From the NCBI GenBank assembly GCA_963765765.1, contig CAVXYC010000026.1, positions 1 through 64,000 on the forward strand: 64,000 nucleotides of DNA. The letters are read 5' to 3'. Below are positions 32,597 through 43,576 of this stretch, in pieces. This DNA comes from an uncultured Chloroflexia bacterium (GTDB taxonomy: Bacteria; Chloroflexota; UBA6077; JACCZL01). A model generated the notes under the pieces. The model was not told where the DNA came from. It saw only the letters and a program-made list of their open reading frames with translations, and searched no databases. Made by a program: the position numbers and the translations under genes. Position 1 is the stretch's first letter, and each line of letters starts with the position of its first letter.

Positions 32597-33214
32597 TTGG
32601 CGAATCAATTGATAGCGGTAGTCCGATGGTTAGCGTTGGTGACCATCGTGGGGCTTATGGCAGCAGTCACCTCAGACGTCATAACAACCATAGCCGAGCC
32701 CGTCGCCAGCGTAGCTTGGGCACCGCAGGACCAACGTTTTCCACCTGAAAACTTCGCCGGGACTGTCGTGCCGGGGACTGTAACGACTGTCTCTCTTGCC
32801 ACGCAGTTTGTGGTTGACCGGCCGAAAAAGGTTGGAGAGACCATCGACCCTACAGTGCGCGAAACGGTGCGCTGCCAATTGGAGAATGTGCCCCCTGAGC
32901 AGGCGTTGCTCGTCACTGCTGCCGGAGCCGCATCGCAGCCGGTATCCTCACCGGTGCTGTATTTCCAGGGCACTTACGACCCGGCGCTCAATGTCTTCTT
33001 CGTTAGCAGCGTGGGGACTACTCCGCAATCCATCGCTCCTACCGCACCCGCTTCTGCCACCCCCGCGACGAACTCAGCGGACAATAGCGACGATGGTGAC
33101 GATGATGATGATGACGACGACGATGATGGTGATGACGACGATGACGATGATGATGACGACGATGAGGGTGATGACGACGATGACGATGATGACGACGACG
33201 ATGATGACCAGTAG
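32597..33214 (+). CDS. Exported/membrane-anchored hypothetical protein with C-terminal poly-Asp tail
   Basis: N-terminal hydrophobic segment 'LIAVVRWLALVTIVGLMAAV', small globular region, Pro/Thr/Ala linker, then 40 codons of D/E/G. Confidence 0.6.
   Translation: MANQLIAVVRWLALVTIVGLMAAVTSDVITTIAEPVASVAWAPQDQRFPPENFAGTVVPGTVTTVSLATQFVVDRPKKVGETIDPTVRETVRCQLENVPPEQALLVTAAGAASQPVSSPVLYFQGTYDPALNVFFVSSVGTTPQSIAPTAPASATPATNSADNSDDGDDDDDDDDDDGDDDDDDDDDDDEGDDDDDDDDDDDDDQ
33089..33208 (+). repeat. (GAY)n coding low-complexity repeat (36 Asp, 1 Glu, 3 Gly)
   Basis: Direct read of mixed GAT/GAC codons interrupted by GGT/GAG. Confidence 0.95.
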
Positions 33215-33736
33215 GCCGGTGATGGGGTAGGGACAGTATGATGGTCCTGGCCCTGGCTCGAATCGACGAGTCTAGAAATTCGTCATGTCAATGGCTTTAG
33301 GTTGATCGAGGTCCGGGGTTCGCGATGGCCTGCCACGGTTCCGGGACAATTTCCGCCTTGCCATGACCTTGCACGCTGAAGGCGCTTCCCACGGAGAGCT
33401 CCGCATGGCCGGCGCCGTGGGAGCATGGTATCGCGGCGGGCTACCGTGGATGCGCTGCGTCGGTAGCCGCCCCGCTCGCGACCTTGCTTAGGCGGCCCGA
33501 TTTCCTGGCCGACTAGGTTCAACGATATCGATACGCGGCATGAATTCGGTTCGCGCGGCATATCTGTAAGAAAGAAGGTGCCCAGGGCCTCGCTCGGGAG
33601 ACGATTCCCGACGCTGGCACGGCGTTCATTGCTGAGAGGGAGCCTGGGCACCAACGTGCAGCGCTGCACGCTGAAGCGTCCAGTGGCCACGAGCAATATT
33701 GGGCAAGAAAAGTGTGGATTCTCGTTGTAGTTAGGT

Positions 33737-34186
33737 TTGAATCCAGTCGATGGTGGTCAGGCGCCCCGTATCGAACGCATCGGCAGTTACATCACTGCTT
33801 TATTCAATCGCCCGGAGGTGAAATCAGTGGCAGTTCAACTCAGTAGCGTGGCCGAACGGCTCTTCACGCGTATAGAGCAGTTCATTGTCGAGGGCGTGCA
33901 CCTCTACAAGGACGCGATCGTTGCGGATTCCCGTCGATGCCCGCACTGCAATGCGATTGTGCCCGACATACGGCCCGTGCCATTTGAGTATTGCCCGTAT
34001 TGCGAAGCGGACGTCGACCAGTTTGCAAATGGTGAACGCGTGATTGAGCATCCGCTGGAACGCTTGATTCGCTTGTTCATACCTCAACCTATGACACGGA
34101 GCATGTCGCCGATTCGGGTCCGATCCGCCGAATCTGAACGGATGAAGGCTCACGAGCCCCCTGGAATCGGATTTCTCAGGAAATGA
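33737..34186 (+). CDS. Hypothetical protein with double CxxC zinc ribbon
   Basis: 'CPHCNA...FEYCPYC'. Confidence 0.55.
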   Translation: MNPVDGGQAPRIERIGSYITALFNRPEVKSVAVQLSSVAERLFTRIEQFIVEGVHLYKDAIVADSRRCPHCNAIVPDIRPVPFEYCPYCEADVDQFANGERVIEHPLERLIRLFIPQPMTRSMSPIRVRSAESERMKAHEPPGIGFLRK

Positions 34187-34496
34187 TTGCAGGGTCGCGG
34201 AGTGTCTCCAATATTTGTCGAATGACAATCTCAGGACTCATAGGGTACGGTGACGGGACCCAAGGTCCTTCTCGGGGGAGATGTCGGGTTGTTCCAGCGG
34301 GAAGCCCGGCATATTGGACCTCGGGCGCCTCATTCTCATGCTACTGCGCATTTGGGCGCAGAGCACAACAACTCGAATGCTGCACCATAAGTGGTGTACT
34401 CCGAGCACCGTTGGCATACGAGTATTAGGCATATCGCGGAAGTCCGATAGTGAACCCGCTCAACGCTCATCCGTTCCGCCGCCACGTTGTGACGGT

Positions 34497-36425
34497 TCAC
34501 TGAACCCGGAACGAAAGTGATGGCAAAACGAGCTGGTTTGGTGAAGCGTCCAGGCCCACTGGCCTGCGAGTCACAGGCATGAGCGCCAGGTCCGCATGTC
34601 GCTGCAGTGCCAGGGCGATGGTGTAGCGCCCGAGTGTTCGCGGCGACAAGAAACTAATTCTCTCGTCGCGCATGGATGATTCTGAGCCTGGTTCCCGCCA
34701 GGGGCCAAACGACTCACCCATGGGCTGACCATCCTGGCGAAGCCAGGATACCCGCGTTCTCCACACCTGAGTGGGTTCGGATGGCTCCTTCCAGCGGATT
34801 CTTAGCCTTACCGTAGTGTCTCGCGCCACGGTGCGTTCGGAGATGTCAATGCCGTCCAGCACGATGCCTCCCTCGAACTCGGTTGAGGGAAGTCTGTAGA
34901 CCTGCGCGTACTGGATGCCGTTAATGACGACCTCAAAATCCGGTTGGAGCTGCTGGAGAGCCGATTCCAGGGTAGGCGGCATGAGGCCGCGCTGATCGGC
35001 GGCAACGTAACGCACGGCAACATCGGCGACGTCGTAGGCGCTGAGCGGCACGGCCTTTCCCACGAACTGCGCATCCAATGAATCCGGGTACACAACGGCA
35101 GCAGTGGAGTTTGCCGCGTCCTCTTGACTGTTGAGGTAGCTCGCAACCTGGTCAAGGCCTTCTCCCCAACCCACCAGGAGAAGGCGGCTGGCCACGTAAC
35201 CGCCGCCGGCTAGCGGGTTGTAGTACGCCAGTAGATAGGGTCGCACGCTCAGAAGACTGAGGCTCAGTGTCGCCAGCCCTAGCCCGGCGAGTGCCGCACT
35301 TCCGGGGCGCGCGACGCGACGCGTCACCTCCGCGAATCCTAAACTCCCCAGCGTCACGACAATTGGGACGACTGGTATGACATAACGGTCAGCCTTTTTG
35401 GGGGCCAGGGTAAGCGTAACTGCCATCACTGCGAATGCTGCGAGAAGGATCATGGACAACGAACGATTTCGTCCTCCCCGCAACCAGATCAGTGCCACGA
35501 TTCCTAGACATGCCACGGGACTCAGGCGAAGCAGAAGGGCCACGGGATAAAAGAGCGGCCCGGGGTCGGGCGATGCAGCCCCCAGGAGAAAGCTTCCCGC
35601 GTCCATGGGCGACCCGCCCTTGAGCGCCGTGTAGTCGATGACGCGCTGGATCGTCTCGATGGGGCGCACCCACATCGCTGGCCAAAGCGCAATGGGGATC
35701 AAAATGCTCCCCGCCATCCAGGCAAGCAGCCCCGGTCGCCGCGTCGAGAGCAGGGCAATGGCCACAACCACCGGCGCTACGAGCACAATGGGCGTTTTGG
35801 TCAGAAGGCCCAGTCCGAAGGCCGCGCTCGAGACCCCGAGTGCCCACGCACCGGCCCCCGCCCGCCAGAAGGCAAAGGCTGACAATACGGTGACGAGCGC
35901 AAGCTCGGCCATGAGCGCATCGGCGCGGAGAAGCTGCCCGTGCGCCACGAGAAAGGGCTCGAGGGCCAGAAAGCTGCCGCTGAGCAGCCCGGCGGATGGT
36001 CCCGCGAGACGCCAGACGAGCATTGCCACGAGGGCGATGAGGGCGCCGTGCGCGACAACGAGACCAAGGCGCGCTCGCCCCAATGCGGACATGAACGATT
36101 CGACATCCGTCGCTCCACGTTCGCCGGTGCTCGACGAATCAGGACTGATGGTTCCGCTGAACGTGCGGGCCCAGTCAGGCGTCAGAGCCACGGTCGCGAT
36201 CCACATCACGGTCACTTCTGGGTGGCCGATCTGGTAGGTTCTCATCCAACGGCGGTCAGCCAGAGCCTCCGCGAAATTGCCACTGCGGGCGAGCGTCAGG
36301 TCCTCGTCCGTGGTGACGTATTGCTCGAGATTCTGGGCGCGCGCCAGGACGGCGACGCCGAAGATTGCCAGCGCGAAGAACAGCGGATAGATGCGGGACA
36401 CGTCTCGTGAGAAGCCAGCTTGCAT
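34497..36425 (-). CDS. Glycosyltransferase family 39 (PMT/ArnT-like) membrane protein
   Basis: 'TTDE' motif, 'GHP', many TM helices, 'LALEPFLVAHG..L..D', 'LLTK', 'KKADRY', 'YYNPL.GG'. Confidence 0.85.
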   Translation of the reverse strand: MQAGFSRDVSRIYPLFFALAIFGVAVLARAQNLEQYVTTDEDLTLARSGNFAEALADRRWMRTYQIGHPEVTVMWIATVALTPDWARTFSGTISPDSSSTGERGATDVESFMSALGRARLGLVVAHGALIALVAMLVWRLAGPSAGLLSGSFLALEPFLVAHGQLLRADALMAELALVTVLSAFAFWRAGAGAWALGVSSAAFGLGLLTKTPIVLVAPVVVAIALLSTRRPGLLAWMAGSILIPIALWPAMWVRPIETIQRVIDYTALKGGSPMDAGSFLLGAASPDPGPLFYPVALLLRLSPVACLGIVALIWLRGGRNRSLSMILLAAFAVMAVTLTLAPKKADRYVIPVVPIVVTLGSLGFAEVTRRVARPGSAALAGLGLATLSLSLLSVRPYLLAYYNPLAGGGYVASRLLLVGWGEGLDQVASYLNSQEDAANSTAAVVYPDSLDAQFVGKAVPLSAYDVADVAVRYVAADQRGLMPPTLESALQQLQPDFEVVINGIQYAQVYRLPSTEFEGGIVLDGIDISERTVARDTTVRLRIRWKEPSEPTQVWRTRVSWLRQDGQPMGESFGPWREPGSESSMRDERISFLSPRTLGRYTIALALQRHADLALMPVTRRPVGLDASPNQLVLPSLSFRVQ

Positions 36426-36662
36426 GGTGGGCGAAATTCAGTGTGAGACTAACAGAGTTGATGTAAGCGAGACGGTAATTGGGGTGGTCGAATGGTCATC
36501 TAGCGGTTATGACTGAATCGATTCCATCAACGTGCCTGGGCTCGGGACGTCTTGCAAATTGGTACCAGACAACTGTGAATGAAGATGCGGTATCTTGCCA
36601 TCGTGCAGCCGCGCTCCTTGGGTAGCGGCGAGCCATCGAAAGATTTGGCAGAGGGCGAGTAG

Positions 36663-37850
36663 ATGAAGCCGGAGCGAAAACGAAGCATTGCAACACGGGT
36701 GGTGCATGCTGGTGAGCAGCGCGGCGCCGAGATTCGGCCGACATCCACGCCGATCTATAACGCGTCAAGCTTCATGGCTCCCAGCGTCGCCGAGATCGAT
36801 GCGATTCTCGGAGGTGATGTTCCTGGCTACGTCTACACGCGCGATGGCAACCCAACCGTCGCGGCGTTCGAGCGAGCAATCGCGGATCTCGAGGGCGCTG
36901 AAGGCGCCGTGGCCTTTGGCTCCGGAATGGCGGCCATTCACGCGGCACTGTTGGCTGTGGGCATCCGATCAGGCAGTCGCATCGTCGCATCGCGTGACTT
37001 GTACGGTCGCACACGGGCACTTCTCAATCGACTTCAATCGGATTTTGATGTATGCCTGGAGCTCGTGGATATAGACGACAGCGGTGCGCTTGACGACGCG
37101 CTCGCTCAACCCTTCACCGCTCTCGTGGTCGAGACGCTCTCCAATCCGCTGGTGAAAGTTTCTGACATCCCAACGCTGAGCCAGAGAGCTCGGGCGGTTG
37201 GCGGCGCGCTCATCGTGGACGCGACCTTCACGACTCCAGTGCTCAGCCGACCGCTGGAGTCGGGCGCGGAGATTGTGTTGCACAGTGCCACGAAATACAT
37301 TGGGGGCCACGGTGACGCCACCGGCGGGATCGCCTGCGCACATGGCGATGCGCTCCAACGGCTACGTACCGCTGCATCATTGATTGGCGGAATCCTTGGC
37401 CCCAATGAAGCCTGGCTGTGTCTCCGCGGCGTGAAGACACTCCTGCTCCGAGTTGAACGGCAGTGCTCCAGCGCGGCATTGATCGCGCGGCACTTGAGCT
37501 TTCACAAGAAAGTGTCGCGCGTGTTCTACCCCGGACTGCGGGGCGATCCAGGGCATGCGCTTGCGCAGGACCTTTTTGGCGGACGGTTTGGTGCAATCAT
37601 TGCATTTGAGCTGCGTGACGTCGAGCGAGCTGACGTACTGAGATTCATGGAGCGGTTGGAGCTCATCTTCCCGGCGCCGACACTCGGTGACGTTGCGACA
37701 CTAATCTCCTACCCCGCGCAATCCTCCCATCGCGGCCTCACCCGCGCTGAGCGAGCCGAGCTCGGAATCTCGGATGGTCTCGTCCGCTTGTCGATTGGCA
37801 TTGAAGACATCAATGACTTGATCGTTGACTTGGAGCAAGCACTGGCCTAA
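36663..37850 (+). CDS. Cys/Met metabolism PLP-dependent enzyme (cystathionine gamma-synthase / methionine gamma-lyase family)
   Basis: 'YTRDGNPT', 'SGMAAI', 'ETLSNP', 'VDATF.TP', PLP lysine motif 'HSATKYIGGHGD', 'RLSIGIE'. Confidence 0.93.
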   Translation: MKPERKRSIATRVVHAGEQRGAEIRPTSTPIYNASSFMAPSVAEIDAILGGDVPGYVYTRDGNPTVAAFERAIADLEGAEGAVAFGSGMAAIHAALLAVGIRSGSRIVASRDLYGRTRALLNRLQSDFDVCLELVDIDDSGALDDALAQPFTALVVETLSNPLVKVSDIPTLSQRARAVGGALIVDATFTTPVLSRPLESGAEIVLHSATKYIGGHGDATGGIACAHGDALQRLRTAASLIGGILGPNEAWLCLRGVKTLLLRVERQCSSAALIARHLSFHKKVSRVFYPGLRGDPGHALAQDLFGGRFGAIIAFELRDVERADVLRFMERLELIFPAPTLGDVATLISYPAQSSHRGLTRAERAELGISDGLVRLSIGIEDINDLIVDLEQALA

Positions 37851-37858
37851 AGGGCCCG

Positions 37859-37884
37859 GTAGGACAGACGTCTCTGCCAACCCT
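37859..37884 (+). repeat. Degenerate GTAG-type REP-like sequence
   Basis: GTAGGACAGACGTCTCTGCC just after a stop codon. It nearly matches GTAGGACAGGCGCCTCTGCC at 56311. Confidence 0.45.
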
Positions 37885-37998
37885 GACTAAACCGCGGTCG
37901 GGCGGCTGTAGAGCGAACGACCGCGCAAACGAGCCTCGACGGGCAGCCCCTCTCCCACCGGGGGCCGTTAAACGTTCTTCTCATTGAAGGATTAGCCA

Positions 37999-38672
37999 GT
38001 GAGCCGTGCTGCTGTCACAGTTGTCGTTGTCCACGATCGTCCGCTCCATCGTGGGGGCGTGGTGGCTGCTCTCGAGCGAGACCAATCGGGCATTCAGGTC
38101 ATCGGCGAAGCGTCCAATGCTGAATGTGTACTGTCGCTCGTACGAAGATGTCGACCGAGGTGCTTCTCACTGACTTGAGATTGCCAGGCCGAGACGGAAT
38201 CTGGCTCACTGGCTCGGTTCTCGACTCGAATCCGGAAACGCGAGTCCTCGTGGTCACCGGTGTGGAAGATGCACCCAGCGTGCGGGGCTCATTGGACCGC
38301 GGCGCATCCGGGGTCATCAGCAAAGATGCTTCCGCGGCTCAGTTGTGCGCCGCTGTGGTCTCCGTGGCAGCGGGCGGCGAGTTCGTGAGCGCTCAGATAG
38401 CTCGCATGCTCGCCGTGGGCCGAGACCGTCGGACAGAGATCTTGATGTGCGGAGAGAGCTCTCCCAGTAGAGAGCGCGAAGTACTGGCTCGGCTTGCCGC
38501 CGGAGAATCCAATCGACGCATCGCTGAGGACCTGGTGCTGAGCGTGCGGACCGTCGACAATCACGTCTGTAACCTTCACGCGAAATTGGGCGTGCACGAT
38601 CGAGCTCAGGCTGCACTCTCGGCGGCGCGGCTGGGTCTCATCACGATGTCTGGGGGCCAGGCAGGCGCGTAA
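37999..38672 (+). CDS. NarL/LuxR-family response regulator; frameshift near 38155
   Basis: 'VVVVHDRPL.RGG...IQVIGEASNA' joins 'VLLTDLRLPGRDG'. HTH 'REREVL..LAAGESNRRIAEDLVLSVRTVDNHV'. Confidence 0.85.
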
Positions 38673-38772
38673 TAATTCTGGGTGACGTGCGTGAGCCCGC
38701 ATCACCCTACGATCGGATTGCGGCGGCAATGACGCCCGCGGACGACTCGCTTCGCGGTATGACCTGTGCCTA

Positions 38773-40493
38773 GTGGCGGGCATGCACGATACCTCGGCGT
38801 CCAATTCTCGCCTACACGAGCTTCTTCACCAATTTGGACATGATTCCTTCCGTCCGGGGCAGAAGGAGTGTATTCAGGCGCTTCTCGATGGTCGCGATGT
38901 TCTCGGCGTCCTGCCCACTAGCGGTGGGAAATCGCTGATTTATCAGCTCACAGCGCAGCTACTTCCGTGTGTCACTGTTGTTGTTTCGCCCCTTATTGCT
39001 CTCATGCAGGATCAGCTCGAGTCACTTGAGGATCAGGGCATTGACGCCGGTGCAATCAATAGCACGCGCTCGGAGCGTGAGCTATCCCGCGATATCAGCG
39101 AGCTCCGCCGAGGCGACGCAAAGATTCTCTACGTCACTCCGGAGCGCTTCGGTGACCCATCCGCTGTGGCGCTCCTGGAGGAGCTTGATGTGTCGCTCTT
39201 CGTCGTTGATGAGGCGCACTGCATCACGGAGTGGGGACACGATTTCCGTCCCGCGTATCTCGACTTGCATGATGTGGTACGAAGCCTGGGCCGGCCGCCC
39301 GTCCTGGCACTCACGGCAACTGCCACGCCGGTGGTCAGGGCTGAGATTATTGAGCGGCTAGGCCTTCGCGATCCGTTCATTCAAGTGCACGGAACCGATC
39401 GTCCGAATTTGTACTTTGAAGTGCGGCGAGTCGAATCGGCAGCGCAGAAGTGGCAGCAGCTCGGGAATTTATTTGGCGATGATTCGATCGAGTCGTCGAC
39501 GCCTGAGCTGGCGGCCTGTATGACAGGCCCCGGCATCGTGTACACCGCCACCACCCGCACCGCGCGGGAAGTTGCCGAGTGGCTGCAGGAGCGAGGCGTC
39601 TCCGCCGAGTATTACCACGGGCAGCGGCGAGCCGCGGACCGAGAGCGCGTGCAAGAAGCATTCATGAACGGCGACGTCCGAGTCGTCGCCGCGACCAACG
39701 CGTTTGGTCTCGGGGTAGACAAGCCCGATGTCCGGTTCGTCGTGCATCTCGAGCCACCAGCAAGTATCGAAGAGTACTACCAGGAGGCCGGTCGCGCCGG
39801 GCGTGACGGCGAGCTGGCAAGGTGCGTACTTCTCAGTCGCGATGCTGACCTGTCGAGGGCACGATTTCATGGTGCGAGCGGTCATGTCGAGATAGAGTAT
39901 CTCGAGAAGATACGCACTGCCCTCAAGTCCGGGGGAGCACAATCGCGAGAGCAGCTTCGCCGTGCCACAGGGCTCAGTCGCCCCGCGCTCCTTCGATCAC
40001 TTGAAGCATTGGAAGACGCTCAAATAGTCCGGTCAACGCGACGCGGGGTGGGCCTCATGGTGGATGACTTCCAGCCTTCGGACGTGTCCCTGGAGCGTGA
40101 CGACCAGCGGAGGGCGTACGAGCGAGTCGCGTTGAAATGCTACGCAGCTACATTGAATTGCGGGATTGTCGACGTCGATTCATCATTAATTACTTCGGTG
40201 AAGATTATCCGAACGGGCGTTGCGACAATTGTGACAATGATTCAAAGACGCAATCAGACGCGACGCCACCGCTCCGTGTTGTTGGGCCCGAGTCGGGATC
40301 CTTCAATGTGTCGGATCGGGTGCGTCATCGCTCCTGGGGCGAAGGTTTGGTGACCAGGGTCGAAGACGACCTTTTGACGGTCCTGTTCGATACGGTGGGA
40401 TACAAGACATTTGATGCGGAGCTTGCTGAAGAACGCGAGATTCTTGAGCTCGTCGGTTCTGCCGAGACTTCCGATCATGAGCGAGCAAGCTAA
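38773..40493 (+). CDS. recQ: RecQ-family ATP-dependent DNA helicase; frameshift near 40130
   Basis: 'FRPGQ', 'LPTSGGKS', 'VVDEAHCITEWGHDFRP', 'ATNAFGLGVDKPDVR', 'YYQEAGRAGRDG', Zn motif 'CRRRFIINYFGE...CDNCDN', C-terminal 'DRVRHRSWGEG'. Confidence 0.92.
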
Positions 40494-40691
40494 TTGCGAT
40501 ACGGTCTCCGCCCGGGCGTGTGAGCACGGCGGGGCTCGAAGCGTTTGTTCATCGAACGCGCTGTGCTCCCACGTTCGACTGTATGCTGGAGGCGAGGGGC
40601 CAAGCGCTGCTTGAGCTGCATCACGACCTCCAACTAGCCGCGTGAGACGACAAGATGCGTACGATGTTCCACTACTGTTATGGGGATAATC

Positions 40692-41147
40692 ATGGCTAAG
40701 GTCCGAGTGAAGGTGGATGCATTCATTCACGCGCAGCCCGAAGTCGCGTATCGATGCATCGCGGATTATCGGCAGCATCACCCGAATTTTCTCCCACCTG
40801 CGTTTTCCGACTTTCGCGTGGAAGAAGGCGGTTACGGTGCCGGGACGGTGATCAGTTTTCGAGGCAAGACTGCTGGGCGAGTGCGCGATTTCAGAATGAG
40901 AGTCACTGAGCCCGAGCCAGGTCGCGTTCTGGTGGAGAGCGATACTCTCTCCAGCATGGAGACGGCCTTCACAGTCACACCGGAGGGCAACGGCTCACGC
41001 GTGAGCTTCGACACGCGCTGGAACGGGGCTAGCGGGATAGGCGGATTTTTCGAGCGGATCTTCGCCCCGATAGCTCTACGGCGGCTGTACCGTGACGAGC
41101 TAACGCGTCTCGATATGTACGCACAGGGCGTCAGCCAACCGAGTTGA
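40692..41147 (+). CDS. SRPBCC (polyketide cyclase/dehydrase-like) family protein
   Basis: 'IHAQPEVAYRCIADYRQHHP.FLPPAF...VTEPEPGRVLVE...FTVTPEGNGSRV'. Confidence 0.85.
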   Translation: MAKVRVKVDAFIHAQPEVAYRCIADYRQHHPNFLPPAFSDFRVEEGGYGAGTVISFRGKTAGRVRDFRMRVTEPEPGRVLVESDTLSSMETAFTVTPEGNGSRVSFDTRWNGASGIGGFFERIFAPIALRRLYRDELTRLDMYAQGVSQPS

Positions 41148-42102
41148 CGGGCGTCAGTGGCGGCTTGCCGCTGAGCACGGCGGCGATGTTTTCTGCCGCC
41201 AGCGTGGCCATTCTTGTGCGTGTCCCGAACGAGGCGCTCCCAACGTGCGGCGTGATGATGCAGTTGTCCAGTGTGAGGAGCGGATCGTCCATCGAGATCG
41301 GTTCAGGATCGGTCACGTCCAGGGCCGCGCCTGCGATCTCGCCGACCCTTAGAGCCTCGTAGAGCGCATGCTGATCCACCAGTGGGCCGCGACCAGTGTT
41401 GACCAGAATTCCCGTTCGTTTCATGCGCTTGAGCTGCTCAGCGCCGATGATGTGACGTGTGGCCTCATTCAAGGCCACGTGCACGCTTACATAATCTGAC
41501 TGGACTAGAAGGTCGTCCAGACTCGCATACTCGTACCCGTTCTCCCGTTCGAGGTCCTCTCGCCGGGAGCGGCTGTAGTAGAGCACGCGCATGTCAAATC
41601 CCCTGGCTCGTCGCGCCATAGCTTGACCAATGCGTCCCATTCCGACAATCCCCAGCGTGGTGCCGTGGATGTCTGGTGTGAGGTGCAGCAGCGGTCCCCA
41701 AACCTTCCACTCGCCTCGGCGAACGTAGCGATCGCCCTGGACGATCCCGCGGCCAGTAGACATGAGCAATGCGAAGGCCAGGTCTGCTGACGTTTCTGTG
41801 AGGACATCGGGCGTGTTGGTCACCTGCACTTGATGACTCGTGCAAGCAGGCACGTCGATGTTGTCGTATCCCACTGCCATGTTGGCAACGACTTTGAGCC
41901 TCGATGCCCGAGTCAGGACTTCCTCATCGATGCGTTCGGTAATCATCGGAAAGAGCGCGTCTATCTCGCCGACTTCAGCGAGTAGGACATCGCGCGGGAT
42001 TGGATCATCGTTATCCCACTGTCGCACTTCGGCAACGCTGTGCAATAGGTCGATCGCTTCCGTTGGAATGCGTCGAGTGATGTAAACGACCGGCTGCGGC
42101 AT
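41131..42102 (-). CDS. D-isomer 2-hydroxyacid dehydrogenase (glyoxylate reductase / D-glycerate dehydrogenase)
   Basis: 'AVGYDNID', 'NTPDVLTE', 'GIVGMGRIG', 'VNTGRG', 'LDVTDPEP', 'TPHVGSA'. Confidence 0.95.
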   Translation of the reverse strand: MPQPVVYITRRIPTEAIDLLHSVAEVRQWDNDDPIPRDVLLAEVGEIDALFPMITERIDEEVLTRASRLKVVANMAVGYDNIDVPACTSHQVQVTNTPDVLTETSADLAFALLMSTGRGIVQGDRYVRRGEWKVWGPLLHLTPDIHGTTLGIVGMGRIGQAMARRARGFDMRVLYYSRSRREDLERENGYEYASLDDLLVQSDYVSVHVALNEATRHIIGAEQLKRMKRTGILVNTGRGPLVDQHALYEALRVGEIAGAALDVTDPEPISMDDPLLTLDNCIITPHVGSASFGTRTRMATLAAENIAAVLSGKPPLTPVNSVG

Positions 42103-42108
42103 GTGCGG

Positions 42109-43417
42109 TTAACCTTCCACGCGGATAACGCTACCGATGGCATCGATAACAGGCAGATTTCGTATCTTGGAAATGGCGGATTGCATCGCGGCTTCTTTCG
42201 CCTCGTGTGTCATGAAGACGATTTCGGCTCGCGGCACGCTAGGGGCACCATCCAGAGGCTCGATCTGCTCTTTCTGAATGACCGAGGAAAGACTGATGTT
42301 GAAATCGCTCATGATAGTGGCGATGGCAGCAATCACGCCCGGCTGATCAGCCGAAATAATGCGCAGGTAGTAGCGCGTTCGTACCTCCTCGAATGGCAGT
42401 GCGCTACGAGAAGTATCGTATGGACGCGGCGGAACGCCGACGGATCCTGCACCCGCGCGCTGGGCGATATCGATGATGTCGGCAACAACAGCGCTGGATG
42501 TCGGACCCGAGCCGGCGCCACGACCGTACAACAGAATTCGGCCGACCAGATCCCCGTCGACCTGAACGGCATTGAATACGCCATCCACGTTAGCCAGCAT
42601 GGCGTCAGATGGTACCAGGGACGGATGGACGCGTAGCTCAATGCCCGAGCCCGCAAGTTTGCCGATCGCAAGCAGCTTGATGACGTAGCCGAGCTCGCGC
42701 GCATATTTGAAATCAGAAGGGCTCAGCTTGGTGATGCCTTCTCTGTAGACATCGTCAGGATGGACGCGTGCATGAAAGGCCAGACTCGCCAGAATCGCGA
42801 GTTTATAGGCCGCGTCGATTCCTTCAACGTCGTTGCGCGGATCCGCCTCGGCAAATCCTTGCTCCTGCGCCTCGCGAAGCGCGGCGCCAAAGTCCATCCC
42901 GTCGCGCGCCATGCGCGTGATGATGTAATTGGTAGTGCCGTTGATAATTGCGGTGACCTGGCTTATGTCGTTTGCCAGCAAATCCAGCTTAAATGGGCCG
43001 ATCACAGGGATGCCGCCGCCCACGCTGGCCTCGTAGGCGACGTCCACACCGCGATCGGCAGCACGAATGAGAATCTCAGGTCCGTGCTTCGCCATCACTT
43101 CCTTATTCGCCGTGACCACGTGCTTGCCCGCATCGATGGCCTGAAGGATGTACTGCAAGAGCTGGATGCTCTCCGCCCATCACCTCAACGACCACCTGGA
43201 TCGTGGGGTCGTCCAGGACGCTTGCAGCGTCCGTGGTGATAGGAACACCCCCGCCGAATTCTCGGTTACGGTCCGGATCGCGTACCACCGCTCGGCGTAG
43301 CTCGACGGGGAGTCCAACGCGTTGGGCAATTGATTCCCGCTTCTCAGTAAGCGCGCGCGCTACTCCCGCGCCTACGACCCCGAGACCCAATAGCCCGACA
43401 CCGATTGTATTCACCAC
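42109..43417 (-). CDS. hom: Homoserine dehydrogenase with C-terminal ACT domain; frameshift near 43160
   Basis: 'GLLGLGVVG', 'VVEVMGG', 'HVVTANK', 'YEASVGGGIP', 'INGTTNYI', 'GRGAG..PTSSAV', ACT 'DQPGVIAAI'. Confidence 0.95.
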
Positions 43418-43576
43418 TGGCACCCCCTCGCGCGCAAATGGTAGCGGCCGAACTGAGAGCGCTGCCAGGCGCGGGAATCCCGACAATTCCACGAATTAAG
43501 ATTGTGTCAACACGCACTCGACAATGTTTTGATACTCTGGCAGAATGTAATTGATACGCAATCCAGCGAGGTTATT

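Noticed and set aside
33089-33208. CRISPR or non-coding microsatellite; alternative Met/Thr-rich ORF 32796-33230
   Set aside because: The trinucleotide pattern keeps GA fixed and varies the third base, which fits Asp codons in the 32597-33214 frame.
33384-33470. Two adjacent hairpins as a possible structured ncRNA or riboswitch
   Set aside because: Imperfect ~10-bp stems in GC-rich DNA, and no recognisable riboswitch consensus.
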